Positions 1-10,479 are shown, counted from the stretch's first letter. The stretch: DNA of 60,893 nt from Phoronis australis (GCA_002633005.1 NMRA01000061.1:867652-928544); one strand, 5' to 3'. Program-made: numbers and translations. Notes: generated by a model not told the origin, from the letters alone.

Positions 1-128
1 TTCACGTCGACGCGAGAACATAACTTTTTCTCCCACAGCGGATTTTGGGGTCTCCGTACACTATGGAAGCTAACGCCTCTGCATTTCGCCTGCGTAGCCG
101 AACAACCGGCCACACAGCAGCCGACCAT
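1..128 (-). CDS. THAP zinc-finger N-terminus (copy 1, runs off window), probably from a P-like/THAP transposon
   Basis: Reverse strand from ATG at 128 reads MVGCCVAGCSATQAKCRGVSFHSVRRPQNPLWEKKLCSRVDV; paralogous to 1567-1761; upstream DNA ends in a CATAGACT-type terminus at 278. Confidence 0.7.
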   Translation of the reverse strand, partial: MVGCCVAGCSATQAKCRGVSFHSVRRPQNPLWEKKLCSRVDV

Positions 129-1566
129 GATTAGCAGACGACGTACTTGCCGGAAATTACACCAGATAATTTAGCCAGGTGTCGCCAGTGAATATTGACG
201 TAAGGGCTTGTGCGCAAGCTCACAGATTTCGTCCATTGAAAGTATACGGAGTTGGCGGTCCATGTACTATAGTCTATGTTCAAATTGAGGTGAAGTAAAT
301 AAATAAAGTGGGCGATTATCATCACCAGAATTTCATCATTTGTATCTTTTGCCGGGTGCTCAAATTTTCTGAGACTAGGGATTTTCAGATTTGTAAGGTA
401 GAAGTGTTTCGCTGGATTTCCAGGTCTGTGGCGTTATTTAAACCGGACCAAAATTAAAAAACAGACCTTTGTTTAAATCAGGAGCTGCATGATACACATT
501 TATTAGAACCATTTTAATGGTTTATCAATATATAGTTAAACCAAGCTGAGGAGCTTGAAACCTGATTTACGGCAATTTTTGGCAGTCGCATTTTCTGAAA
601 ATGCTCGTAAGTTGACAACAAAGTTTGATAGCAATGCACTGCAGTTTTGTAGAAACTCTGTTCATAGGTTACAGATGCGTCACAGAGCGTAACTTTGATG
701 AATTCTAGCTTACGATTTCACCTGTTTCGGAGACCGGGTTTCAATCACTTTTGGGCTATAATAAGCGCCCCCTTCCTGAAGCGGATTTTTCTAAGCACCC
801 TGGCCGCTTACTAGGGCGCATAAGGTAATATTTCAGAAGGGCAATACATGTACTTAGTATCCTTTATGCACGGGGACCCTTATGTTACAATAGGAGTGGG
901 ATTGGCTCATTATGTACCCTACAGGTGGCATAGGACTTTACAAAACTGGTTGAAGAATTTTGTTTTCGTCAACGTTCGTTTAAAAGGCTTAAGTTGAGAA
1001 ATGTTAGGACTTAAGGCGGAAATTTAAAAAACCATGTCTGCTTACAAAAAAAATTAACATTGAAGAATAAAAACAACCTTTACACCCCTCTGGTGTTCCT
1101 GTTCCATGTTTTCAAAGAAGTTGGTTGCATTTTCATAGACTGCAGTCGAGAGATTTTGTGCGGCACATATTCGACATGAAATGAGTGTGTAACCTGCTGT
1201 TGAATTGCGAGATAGATTTTGACTGGTCCGGGTGGTTATTTATGAAGTATTACTGTAATCTTTATTGATGTTTAAGGTTTTACCAGCGTTCTATTTATTT
1301 GTACACGAATGTGAATTTGTTGAAATCGCTGATCCAAGTCCTGGACAAATGTGCGCATTCTGCTGAGACCAACCGTCTGATCAGGGCCAGCGAAGAATAA
1401 TTTGGTTAATTCGCTCACTAGGCTATGGCTGAACTTCCTCGTAAGGACAAGAGTTTACAAAGAAATTTAGCGGATAATTTTCGTCAAAAAGTTTACCAGA
1501 TAGTTTTCCTCAAAACGGAGAAAACAAAATGGATTTGTGAAAACAGGATTAAGTAGTAGAGTCTCT

Positions 1567-1761
1567 TTAAAAACATTCATCTTCGAAGTGCCTTGAACAA
1601 ATGTATAAAGTCTTATTGCTGAAACAACTGTCATTCACGTTGACGCAAGAAGTAAGGTTTTCTTCCCACTGCCGATTATGGGGTCTTCGGATGGTATGGA
1701 AGCTAATTCCTTTGCATTTCGCTTGTGTGGCCGAACAACCGGCCACACAGTAGCCGACCAT
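1567..1761 (-). pseudogene. THAP domain (C2CH) fragment, copy 2
   Basis: MVGYCVAGC...ISFH...W...ICSRHFEDECF matches the THAP C-x4-C...W...C-x2-HF pattern; stop immediately after the domain. Confidence 0.75.
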
Positions 1762-1850
1762 GATTAGCAGACGACGTACTTGCCGGAAATTGCACCAGAT
1801 AATTTAGCCAGGTGTCGCCAGTGAATAATGACATAAGGGCTTGTGCGTAA

Positions 1851-2510
1851 GGAGGCACAGAACAGTTCTCACGGGGGTTTGCCTGTCAGAACGCACGTCA
1901 ATGCACTCTTCACCCTTTCTTCACTTTTTCAAAAACTACATGCAAATAAGGAAATGTTTTGAGTCATTTCACATCACAAGCCCTAAAGATGAGCACAGAA
2001 ACTTTATTCTCTCTTGTATTTTTGACCCATTCACTCCCAAGGGAAAACCGAGCCAAACTAAGTAAAATGAGGGCAAAAAAATGCAAAATCGGCACTTGTC
2101 ACCCCAAAATCACCACTTTCCTGCCGATGCTCGACTAAAGCCAACGTTAGATTCCGAAAGCAAATTTCCAACCGATTCCAAAAATGTGGTCCAAAAGTAC
2201 TGTCAACCAATTAGTTTTTTTTGCAAATCTGGCTTGTTTGAGGGCTACCTGAAATCGCAGCCAATTTCTCAGTTGCTATACAGCAATGAACAACTGCAAC
2301 AGGGGGCCACCATCTTGAAGAAGAGTGCAGCTACAGACGAGAAACTGGCCTTTTTTCATTCCCAGCATGTTCAGAAATACAAAAAAACATTCACTTGGCC
2401 TACACACAATACCTAATTGAAAAATGCCCCCAAGCCTGGCCTAGCCCTAGATTTTAACATTTTGGGAGTGCAAATTGGCCGCGGCCACAACCTAACTATT
2501 CAGTGCCACC
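1851..2510. mobile_element. Non-autonomous PIF/Harbinger-type MITE (660 bp)
   Basis: TIRs GGAGGCACAGAACAGTT / revcomp GGTGGCACTGAATAGTT; TAA TSD at 1848-1850 and 2511-2513; the paralogous site at ~210-225 lacks the insert. Confidence 0.85.
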
Positions 2511-2575
2511 TAAGGTCACAGATTTCGTCCATTGAAAGTATACGGAGTTGGCGGTCTATGTACTTTAGTCTATGG

Positions 2576-2820
2576 TGTGATTGACTTTTGGCGCAATGAA
2601 ATATTGCGTCACCTATTAGCCAGTTTCTTTTTCCCAGATTCTTCAATCAAACGTCCTCTCTCGAGGTTGCGTAAACGTCACAACAAATGATTACAATTGG
2701 TTTCACTTCATTATATGTTTTTGGAATTTTTAAACCCAATTTTAGAACACATTTTGCTGCGATGTTGTCATCATCTAATGGGAGATGCCGAAAAAATTCT
2801 GGAAGTGGCGCGTGTCACGA
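2576..2820 (+). repeat. Dispersed repeat, second copy at ~42435-42790
   Basis: Shared blocks such as TATTGCGTCACCTATTAGCCAGT..CTTTTTCCCAGATTCTTCAATCAAACG and CGCGTGTCAC. Confidence 0.7.
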
Positions 2821-2856
2821 ATGTACAACTTTCAAAACGACAACATATATTTCTTT

Positions 2857-3607
2857 TGTGACGGGCGCGCCCTCCCTTTGTGAATTATAGAGCTACAGTT
2901 TCGCGCCATTTTATTAAATATTGTGACGGATGCGCCCTCCCTTTGTGAATTATAGAGTTACAGTTTCGCGCCATTTTATTAATTGACTCTTCTTATAGGG
3001 GTGTTTTATTACGTCACTTATGTTTTGGACTCACCCTCACGTGCATTCGTTTAGTTATAAAAAGCCGCGCACAAGCAGTTTTGGCGGGCTGTCTGGGGTT
3101 TGAAACCCGTTCCAGTCAGACTCTTAAAAACATGAGTGACGTCTTGTAAGTCTACTATAGTTTCGTCTAAAAGTTTTAGGGTTGCTTCATAGTCTCTGAT
3201 AAATTCTTTCTCATAACTACTGTTTGTAATTTTCGACAACATCAATAAATTAGAATGTATTTTTAATCAATTCGAATCTCCTTTTACTCCTGCTTTTTAA
3301 ATATCCAAACTTCAAAACGACTGAGCATCTATCCGTCAGGTCGACACCGGCGGTCATCCACCCCACACACATAAAACACAACGCTGCATATAACACCATA
3401 ATAACAACAGGACAGCTGGTCAAGTTTGTAATTTTCGACAACATCAATAAATTAGAATGTATTTTTAATCGATCGAATCTCCTTTTACTCCTGCTTTTTT
3501 AATATCTAAACTTCAAAACGACTGAGCATCTATCCGTCAGGTCGACACCGGCGGTCATCCACCCCACACACTTAAAACACAACGCTCCATACAACACCAC
3601 CGCTACA
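2857..3607 (+). repeat. 5' LTR, rearranged and mosaic (751 bp versus 484 bp for the 3' LTR)
   Basis: LTR start appears twice (2857, 2922) and the LTR 3' part twice (~3222-3396, 3424-3607); TATAAAA ~3056; AATAAA 3245. Confidence 0.9.
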
Positions 3608-3611
3608 TTTT

Positions 3612-3626
3612 TGGTGCCCGCGGCCC
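3612..3626 (+). promoter_or_regulatory. Putative primer-binding site
   Basis: TGGTGCCCGCGGCCC 4 nt after the LTR end; cognate tRNA not identified. Confidence 0.6.
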
Positions 3627-4047
3627 ATGGATAGATTTCGAACTCAGCCAACTAAATTATAATTATTCTAGATACATTCATAGCACGTGCAGGTGCACGT
3701 GCATTTGATTGGCTTTCAGTCTTCTGCCTTGACATAAACCTTTCAAAGGAAAATGGACAGGCGGTAAGATAATTTGACTGTCCTACCTTGTTGGAGTTTT
3801 GTCCGCCTTTCAAACGATCTCTATTAGAATCCTGCTAGCAAATCCCATGCATTTTCTCGCACGTACACCAGTGGCAGTAATTCAAACGAACACACTGCTT
3901 TAGCAAATATTTTTTATTCGCAGTTCTGAACTGAAACCACAACAGCTTTCAATTCCAAACTGCACAAAATCGACTCAGTAATTAATCAGTCTGTGAATAA
4001 ACTCTTGTCATTGATCTGTGATCAATAAGTCAGACTCAAAGTAAACG

Positions 4048-5166
4048 ATGTCCCGTTTTTGGAGTTTTGCGACTAAGTTCTTCACTCCACATAAAGTTGA
4101 CGAAAACTGTGCTGAAAACCTTCAAGGTGAAAGGCCAGTGATGTCAACTTCATCACCAAATCAAAGTCCAATGCCCGAACAAACTCAAATAATGACGGCA
4201 GTCTCAAACACCAACCCGTTTCTAGACAGCTCGTTGAACAATGGAAGTAGTTTGCCCGCGAGTCCTGCACGTGAACTGGGTACGAATTCGTACGCCAGTC
4301 GTGAGGCCGCACTATTTGATGAAGGCCCAGTGCATTCAGTACCACAAACAAGTAATTTACTTGTAAAAAGAAAAGAAAAACAAACTTCTTCATTTGACGG
4401 AAAGACATGTGACTGGACGGATTTTATTCGGCAGTTTGAAATAATTAGTAGGTGGAATGGGTGGACTGAAGATGAAATGGACATACAACTCTCGACTTGC
4501 CTAAGAGGCGCCGCCCTGCGAGTGATGTCAGAACTAACTCCACGTCAACTATCCGATTATCGTCTACTAAGAGAAACACTGTCACACAGATTTAATCCCC
4601 CAGAGAGAATTACAGCATCTAAGTGCGAATTTAAATCCCGAAAACGAAACAGAAATGAATCTGTTGCCGATTATGGTTATGCGCTCCGCCGACTGGCTAC
4701 ACAAGCATACCCTGAACTGGAAGTCACTTCCCGAGAAATTTTGGTTATTGATCAGTTTATTGCTGGCCTTGGGGACAAAGCCTTACAGAGGCATGTCCAA
4801 TTTAACCATCCAATATCTACTGATGCTGCGATTGCACTGGCAGTAGAGTTTGAAGCTTTTGAAAGCACACAACCAGGCAACCGTAAACCTTATGACCCTG
4901 AACGCATATGCAATGTGAACGCGCCAAGTAAGGCGGATTCTAGCATAATTGCGCGTCAATGTGGCGAATTACGCAAAGAAGTTGATGATCTAAAAAATCA
5001 GATGAGAGTTCAGAGAGAACAGAGAAGACCTGTAATATGTCATTCATGTGGCCTGAGTGGACACATTAGTCGCAACTGTCGCTCAAGGAACCGCTCAGCG
5101 GATGCCGAGCGTCAGGCCGACTCGAGATCCCAAGCAGCAAATGGGCAAAACCCTAATTTAAACTGA
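4048..5166 (+). CDS. gag: Gag (372 aa) with CCHC zinc knuckle
   Basis: FDGKTCDWTDFIRQFE..NGW capsid-like motif, R-x3-ESVADY, CHSCGLSGHISRNC (CX2CX4HX4C); uninterrupted ORF. Confidence 0.92.
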   Translation: MSRFWSFATKFFTPHKVDENCAENLQGERPVMSTSSPNQSPMPEQTQIMTAVSNTNPFLDSSLNNGSSLPASPARELGTNSYASREAALFDEGPVHSVPQTSNLLVKRKEKQTSSFDGKTCDWTDFIRQFEIISRWNGWTEDEMDIQLSTCLRGAALRVMSELTPRQLSDYRLLRETLSHRFNPPERITASKCEFKSRKRNRNESVADYGYALRRLATQAYPELEVTSREILVIDQFIAGLGDKALQRHVQFNHPISTDAAIALAVEFEAFESTQPGNRKPYDPERICNVNAPSKADSSIIARQCGELRKEVDDLKNQMRVQREQRRPVICHSCGLSGHISRNCRSRNRSADAERQADSRSQAANGQNPNLN

Positions 5167-5199
5167 AAACGGCTGGGTCTGAGACCGGAGATTCAGCCG
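5157..5199 (+). promoter_or_regulatory. -1 programmed ribosomal frameshift signal (slippery heptamer plus stem-loop)
   Basis: T TTA AAC in the gag frame just before TGA; 6-nt spacer; CGGCTGGGTCT/AGATTCAGCCG 11-bp stem; the -1 frame is open into the protease. Confidence 0.8.
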
Positions 5200-8105
5200 C
5201 TTTCGATGTAAATAATGTTAACTGTCTTTTCCTTACTGTAAATATTTTTGGTGAAGCATTTGATGCCTTGTATGATGGGGGTTCAGCTCGTACGCTGATG
5301 TCCGTCACTGTATTTGAAGGGATCGGGTTGAATACCCGTGAACTGTGTCCAAATATTATTCCGCTTTATGATGCGAGTGGAAACTTGATTAAAGATTTCG
5401 GGTACCTCGAAATCTCGTTTAGTGTGGAAAATTTGGAATTTTCACACAATTTTCTTGTCGCTGATATCGACATACCAAATATTTTGGGTCTCGATTTCAT
5501 GAATCGAAATAGTTGTCAAACGTTTAATTTTCCCCAGAAGGACTTCGTTTTTATCAAGGGGGTACAGATATCTCTACGTCCGAACCGTAAATGTACGGGT
5601 GGAGTGGTGACAAGTGACCGCAGCAAACCTTCAGGGTTGGAAAACGGTCCACTGTCCAGTAAATGTACATGTATGAGTGGTGTAGTGACTAGTGACCGCA
5701 ACAAACCTTCAGGGTTGGAAAACGGTTCACTGGCCAACCATTTAGAGCCCATGTATAAGAGCGCGATCAAAGGTCTTAATGCCGATCAAGCCGCTCAAGT
5801 TAAAGCCCTAATAAAAGCCCTCGACTTTCGGTATCTCTTGCGATCCAGATAAAGATGAAGCTGTGCGTTGCTGGCCACGCCCCACGAACGTCACAGACGT
5901 CAGGAGCTTTCTTGGTCTAGCTTCGTACTATCGGCGCTTCATCCTCGACTTTTCTAGTATCGCCGCCCCGCTCACTGCACTGACACGTAAAAATCACAGA
6001 TTTGTGTGGGACAGTGCTTGTGAACATGCCTTTGACAGTCTCAAGAATGCCCTTACGGAACATCCAGTTTTAGCCTTCCCCAACGGTAACGGTCAGTTCA
6101 TTCTAGACACTGACGCGTCTGCCTATGGTATCTCAGGCGTTCTGTCACAGGTCCAAAACGGTGAAGAAAAAGTAATTGCATATGCCAGTAACACCCTATC
6201 CAAAACCCAAGAGAGATACTCTACAACATACAGAGAGCTCTTGGCTGTTGTCACTTTTGTGAAGCGTTTCCGCCATTACCTGTGGGGCAGGAAATTCCTT
6301 GTCAGAACTGACCACAGTTCTCTAAGTTCAGAAATTTTAAAGAACCGACCGATATTGTTGCACGCTGGATAGCGACTCTAGACGCGTATGATTTTGACAT
6401 TGAGCATCGTAAAGGCTCCCTACATGGAAACGCCGACGGGCTGTCCCGCAAACCACGAAGGAGATGTCAACGGGGCGATTGCACCCAGTGTGCTGGCTCC
6501 AGTGTGGTATCTGCCTTGAGGCCCGCCAATAAGCGACGAACGACACGTCAAAGTAATTCGGAGCCGAATGTGTGGTTGCCAACGTGGAATCCTGACGAGC
6601 TTGCGAGGCTGCAGGAGCAAGACTGTGTTGTTGGCCCCGTCGTTCGACTTCTTAGAGAATCCCCTGACAAACCTAGCCGTGATGTCATCGCTGAATATAG
6701 TAATCAGGCAAAGAGGCTATTCAGCGAATGGAATTTACTTGAAATACGCGACGGTTTACTATACCGCAGATGGATTGACGATTGTGGGAACGGAGAACGT
6801 TGGGTGCTGGTCGTACCTCAGATGTTGCGTTCCGAAATTTTGAAAGCCTTGCATAATAACAGGACAGCTGGTCACCTCGGAAGAGAGAGAACCCTGAGAG
6901 CTGTGAGGTCCCGCTACTATTGGCCAGGTCTACTTGGTGATGTCACATGGTGGTGTCGCAAATGCGACATGTGCGCACGCCGAAAGCCTGGACCAGGGCG
7001 TGGACGGGCCCCTCTAAAGCAAAGCAGAGTGGGTGCTCCCTTCCAACGAGTTGCCATCGATATCTTGGGGCCATTACCTGAGACGGAAAACGGGAACAAG
7101 TACATCATGGTAGTTGGAGATTACTTCAGCAAATGGACAGAAGCTTTCAGTCTGCCTGACCATACGGCCTACACTGTTGCTGACACTCTCGTTAAAGAAG
7201 TTATTTGTCGATTTGGTACTCCCAAATTCATCCATACCGATCAAGGTAGAGAATTTGAGAGTGAACTTATGTCTCAACTCTGTTCCTTGCTCGAAATCTC
7301 GAAAACCAGAACTACGCCATACAGACCACAGTCTGACGGCATGGTCGAGAGATTTAACCGAACTGTCCAACAAATGCTTGCCATGTTTGTCGACGAAAAC
7401 CGCCAGGACTGGGACGATCACCTGCCTTACGTTATGCTGGCGTACCGTTCCACGGTGCAAGTCAGTACAGGGTGTTCTCCCTTTCGAATGTTATTTGGAC
7501 ACGAGGTGTCACTTCCCATTGACGTCATGCTGGAAAGCCCCAATGATTCCCGACACGAGACAGACGTACCATGTTTGACTGCTTACGTAGAGTGGCTAAA
7601 GTCCACGTTGTTGTTTACACACGAGTTTGCTCGTGAGAAACTAAAAACAAGTGCGTCCAGACAAAAGTCATATTACGATTCTAAACTTAAACTGAGAGCG
7701 TTTAAAGAGGGTGATTTGGTCTTTCGTTGGTATCCACCCACTGCTAATCAGAAATTAGGGTTGGGTTGGAGAGGGCCCTATCTCGTTATTAAAAAAATAA
7801 CCGAATTTTTGTATAAAATTCAAGCTGAGAGATCCGGACCCTTGATTACGGTTCACGTAGACCACCTTAAGCCCTGTTTTAACTCAGATGTCCGAGACTG
7901 GCGACAACCAGATAATCAGTTTAGCAATTTAAATTTAGACTCAAATGATCCTCCCAGTGAGGAAACCGATAACCAATGTGGTGGTGAAACCGAGAACAAT
8001 CTCGATAGCTGCATTCCCACTGAGCCCCCCAGTGTGGACAGGGATGTCTATCTATCCCGGAGAGGTCGAGTTATTAAGAAACCGCCTCGATTTATGTCCC
8101 CTTGA
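5157..8105 (+). pseudogene. pol: Pol: protease, RT C-terminal stump, RNase H, integrase; RT core deleted and frameshift near 6325
   Basis: ALYDGGSA...ILGLDF (PR); jumps to GISCDPDK..WPRP..VRSFLGLASYYRRFI with no YxDD; LDTDAS..ELLAV..TDH (RH); HHCC, D..D35E and WRGPY in 6504-8105. Confidence 0.92.
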
Positions 8106-8115
8106 TTCAGTTTAC

Positions 8116-8543
8116 ATGTGTCATTGCAGAGAATTGCACCCAGAGGCTGGAGAGTACGAGGAGATCATAGAGAAGAGTTTGAGGCAATACGGATGCAGAG
8201 AGTGTAGTAAAGAATTTACACAGGGTTCGCAGCTTATCCACCACGAGGCGACATGCTGCCGCACTACGATTCTGTACACTTGCCTTGCGGTTTCAGATCT
8301 CCTAGGGCCCACCAAACCCGTCGCCACCAGAGGAAGGCACAACACTCAGAACCCTATCATAAAGAAGAGGTCGCCAACAAGCACCATTGGCGGAGGGTGT
8401 GGGAGGCGAAGCGGCGGGCCAGGATGGGCGAGCTCTATAGGGAGAGGGCACCCTTCAAAGATGCTGAGCTAGAGAAGTTTGGTGGGGACGTAGGCCGATT
8501 GTTGGAATGGGAGAGAACTCTAGTTGAATTTATTGGTGTTTAA
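8116..8543 (+). CDS. ORF3: small zinc-finger protein in the env position (1-nt frameshift at ~8284), probably spliced to a mini-exon at 3753-3763
   Basis: YGCRECSKEFTQGSQLIHHEATC then YTC/PCGFRSPRAHQTRRHQRKAQH and a charged helical tail; acceptor TTGCAG ending 8129. Confidence 0.6.
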
Positions 8544-8554
8544 GTTTTACGTTG

Positions 8555-8621
8555 TAATTGTTGTCGTTAATCGTTTCCGAGTTAATTGTTGTCGTTAATC
8601 GTTTCCGAGTTAATTGTTGTC
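8555..8621 (+). repeat. 28-bp tandem repeat (~2.4 copies) in the 3' UTR of the Gypsy element
   Basis: TAATTGTTGTCGTTAATCGTTTCCGAGT repeated. Confidence 0.85.
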
Positions 8622-8823
8622 ATTTTCTATACAGATAGTTTATTTCTATTTTCTTATGGTCCTACCGGTCAGGTCTTTGTGTATGTGAATTACTAAAGTT
8701 ATTGATGTCATTTAAAATATCTTGAATACCTTGTTATCACGAGTTGAAGTTGTCGCTCACTGTCACTACTGTATAATTTTGATCTATGTTAAATAATTTA
8801 CATTAGATCTGAGGTTGGGGGAG

Positions 8824-9307
8824 TGTGACGGGCGCGCCCTCCCTTTGTGAATTATAGAGTTACAGTTTCGCGCCATTTTATTAATTGACTCTTCTAATAG
8901 GGGTGTTTCATTACGTCACTCATGTCATGGACTCACCCTCACGTGCATTCGTTTAGTTATAAAAAGCCGCGCACAAGCAGTTTTGGCGGGCTGTCTGGGG
9001 TTTGAAACCCGCTCCAGTCCAATTCTTAAAAACATGAGTGACGTCTTGTAAGTCTACTATAGTTTCGTCTAAAAGTTTTAGGGTTGCTTCATAGTCTCTG
9101 ATAAATTCTTTCTCATAACTACTGTTTGTAATTTTCGACAACATCAATAAATTAGAATGTATTTTTAATCGATCGAATCTCCTTTTACTCCTGCTTTTTA
9201 AATATCTAAACTTCAAAACGACTGAGCATCTATCCGTCAGGTCGACACCGGCGGTCATCCACCCCACACACTTAAAACACAACGCTGCATACAACACCAC
9301 CGCTACA
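8824..9307 (+). repeat. 3' LTR (484 bp)
   Basis: TG...CA ends, preceded by a purine-rich tract and followed by TSD CTTT. Confidence 0.95.
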
Positions 9308-10181
9308 CTTTGTTACCAATGAAGAGAATTACGCAAGCAAATGACGTCGAATAATTTTCCCTTAAACGGCCGTAACGGGCACGGTGAATGTCAAATGAGT
9401 TTCAGATTTTGCATGCAAACCCGCCGGTCTTTAGCTCCTGTTGATACAAGCTTTGCGACGAGGCTGTGTCCTACTTCGAAGCCTGTCGGAGCTCAATTCA
9501 CATTGGCACCTTGCTGTATTTTTACTATAGTCGTCATACAGCTTGCTGGCTAGATAGGAAGACTCTAGCTTCGAAACAATTTTTTACTCCGAAAGTGACA
9601 AAAAATTCAGAATGATGATGGATCATAGATGACACTATAACCGATCACATTCCTCCGTTTTCATGGGCCCATGATCTTAATCTCTGCACTATGTTAAAAC
9701 CATGATTGTTTATGTTGTTCTTAAAATAAACGTTTGTTTTACTGCTGTACCAATATATTAAGAAATTATGCAAAAATAAACAATAATTATATGTGGTAAA
9801 GCACATTATATAGCATGATGAAGTGATGATCAAGAGCAATAAAAGCTGAGCGCGAATGCGTGCTGCTGGTAGTGAGCATTCTGCGGAATGAAAGAACACT
9901 TGAGGTCGTAAAATAGCCAGCGTTGTAATCTTATTTTTGTGCAATTTTACTGTAACATTTCAAGTTGCTTGCTTGTTTTAATGTATAATATACTGTATAA
10001 AAAGTATCATACTAAGAGACAGAAATTATGTTTTCGCGATATCACTTAACGTTTAATTTTACCACGCCGTCAGAAATTCAACATAAAGTTTACGTTGGTG
10101 TAATGTCATGCACTTCGTATTTCTTAGTTGATTCAATTTTAGCACTTTTTAATAGTTGAACAAAAGTTGATAAACCGATGT

Positions 10182-10479
10182 CAAGACCGGAGTTGCCACT
10201 GGTGAACGAACAGCGAACAGTTAAATGTTTGTGTGGTCAAAGTTCACCCGCTAAGTCATAAAATGGTAATTGCCGACCAAGGACACGCTTAATACGAAAT
10301 GGTCGTCTACGCTAGGCGACCACTTAGCCGACTCAAGTGCCGACCACAGAGGCGACTCAGCAGACGGCTCCAAGCCCACCATTGTTGGTCGGCTGCTGGT
10401 CGGCTTCACGACCCGGTCGACGGCCGGTTGTCGGCCAATTTTTGACCGGTCGGACAGAAATTCGTGATGTGTGCTGTAA
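10182..10479 (+). repeat. CCGAC-rich dispersed repeat (probable DNA-transposon end), second copy ~54496-54776
   Basis: Both copies share GCCGACTCAAGTGCCGAC..GGCGACTCAGC and end in TTCGTGATGTGTG(C/T)(T/A)GTAA. Confidence 0.75.

Larger units (their letters stand above)
2857..9307 (+). mobile_element. Ty3/Gypsy LTR retrotransposon, RT core deleted, with extra 3' ORF
   Basis: TGTGACG...CGCTACA LTRs; 4-bp TSD CTTT (2853-2856, 9308-9311); TGG-initiated PBS at ~3612; PPT 8811-8823; domain order gag-PR-(RT)-RH-IN. Confidence 0.95.

Noticed and set aside
7945-8472. 175-aa ORF as a single gene
   Set aside because: Its N-terminus overlaps integrase out of frame and its C-terminus results from the 8284 frameshift; only the middle is ORF3.
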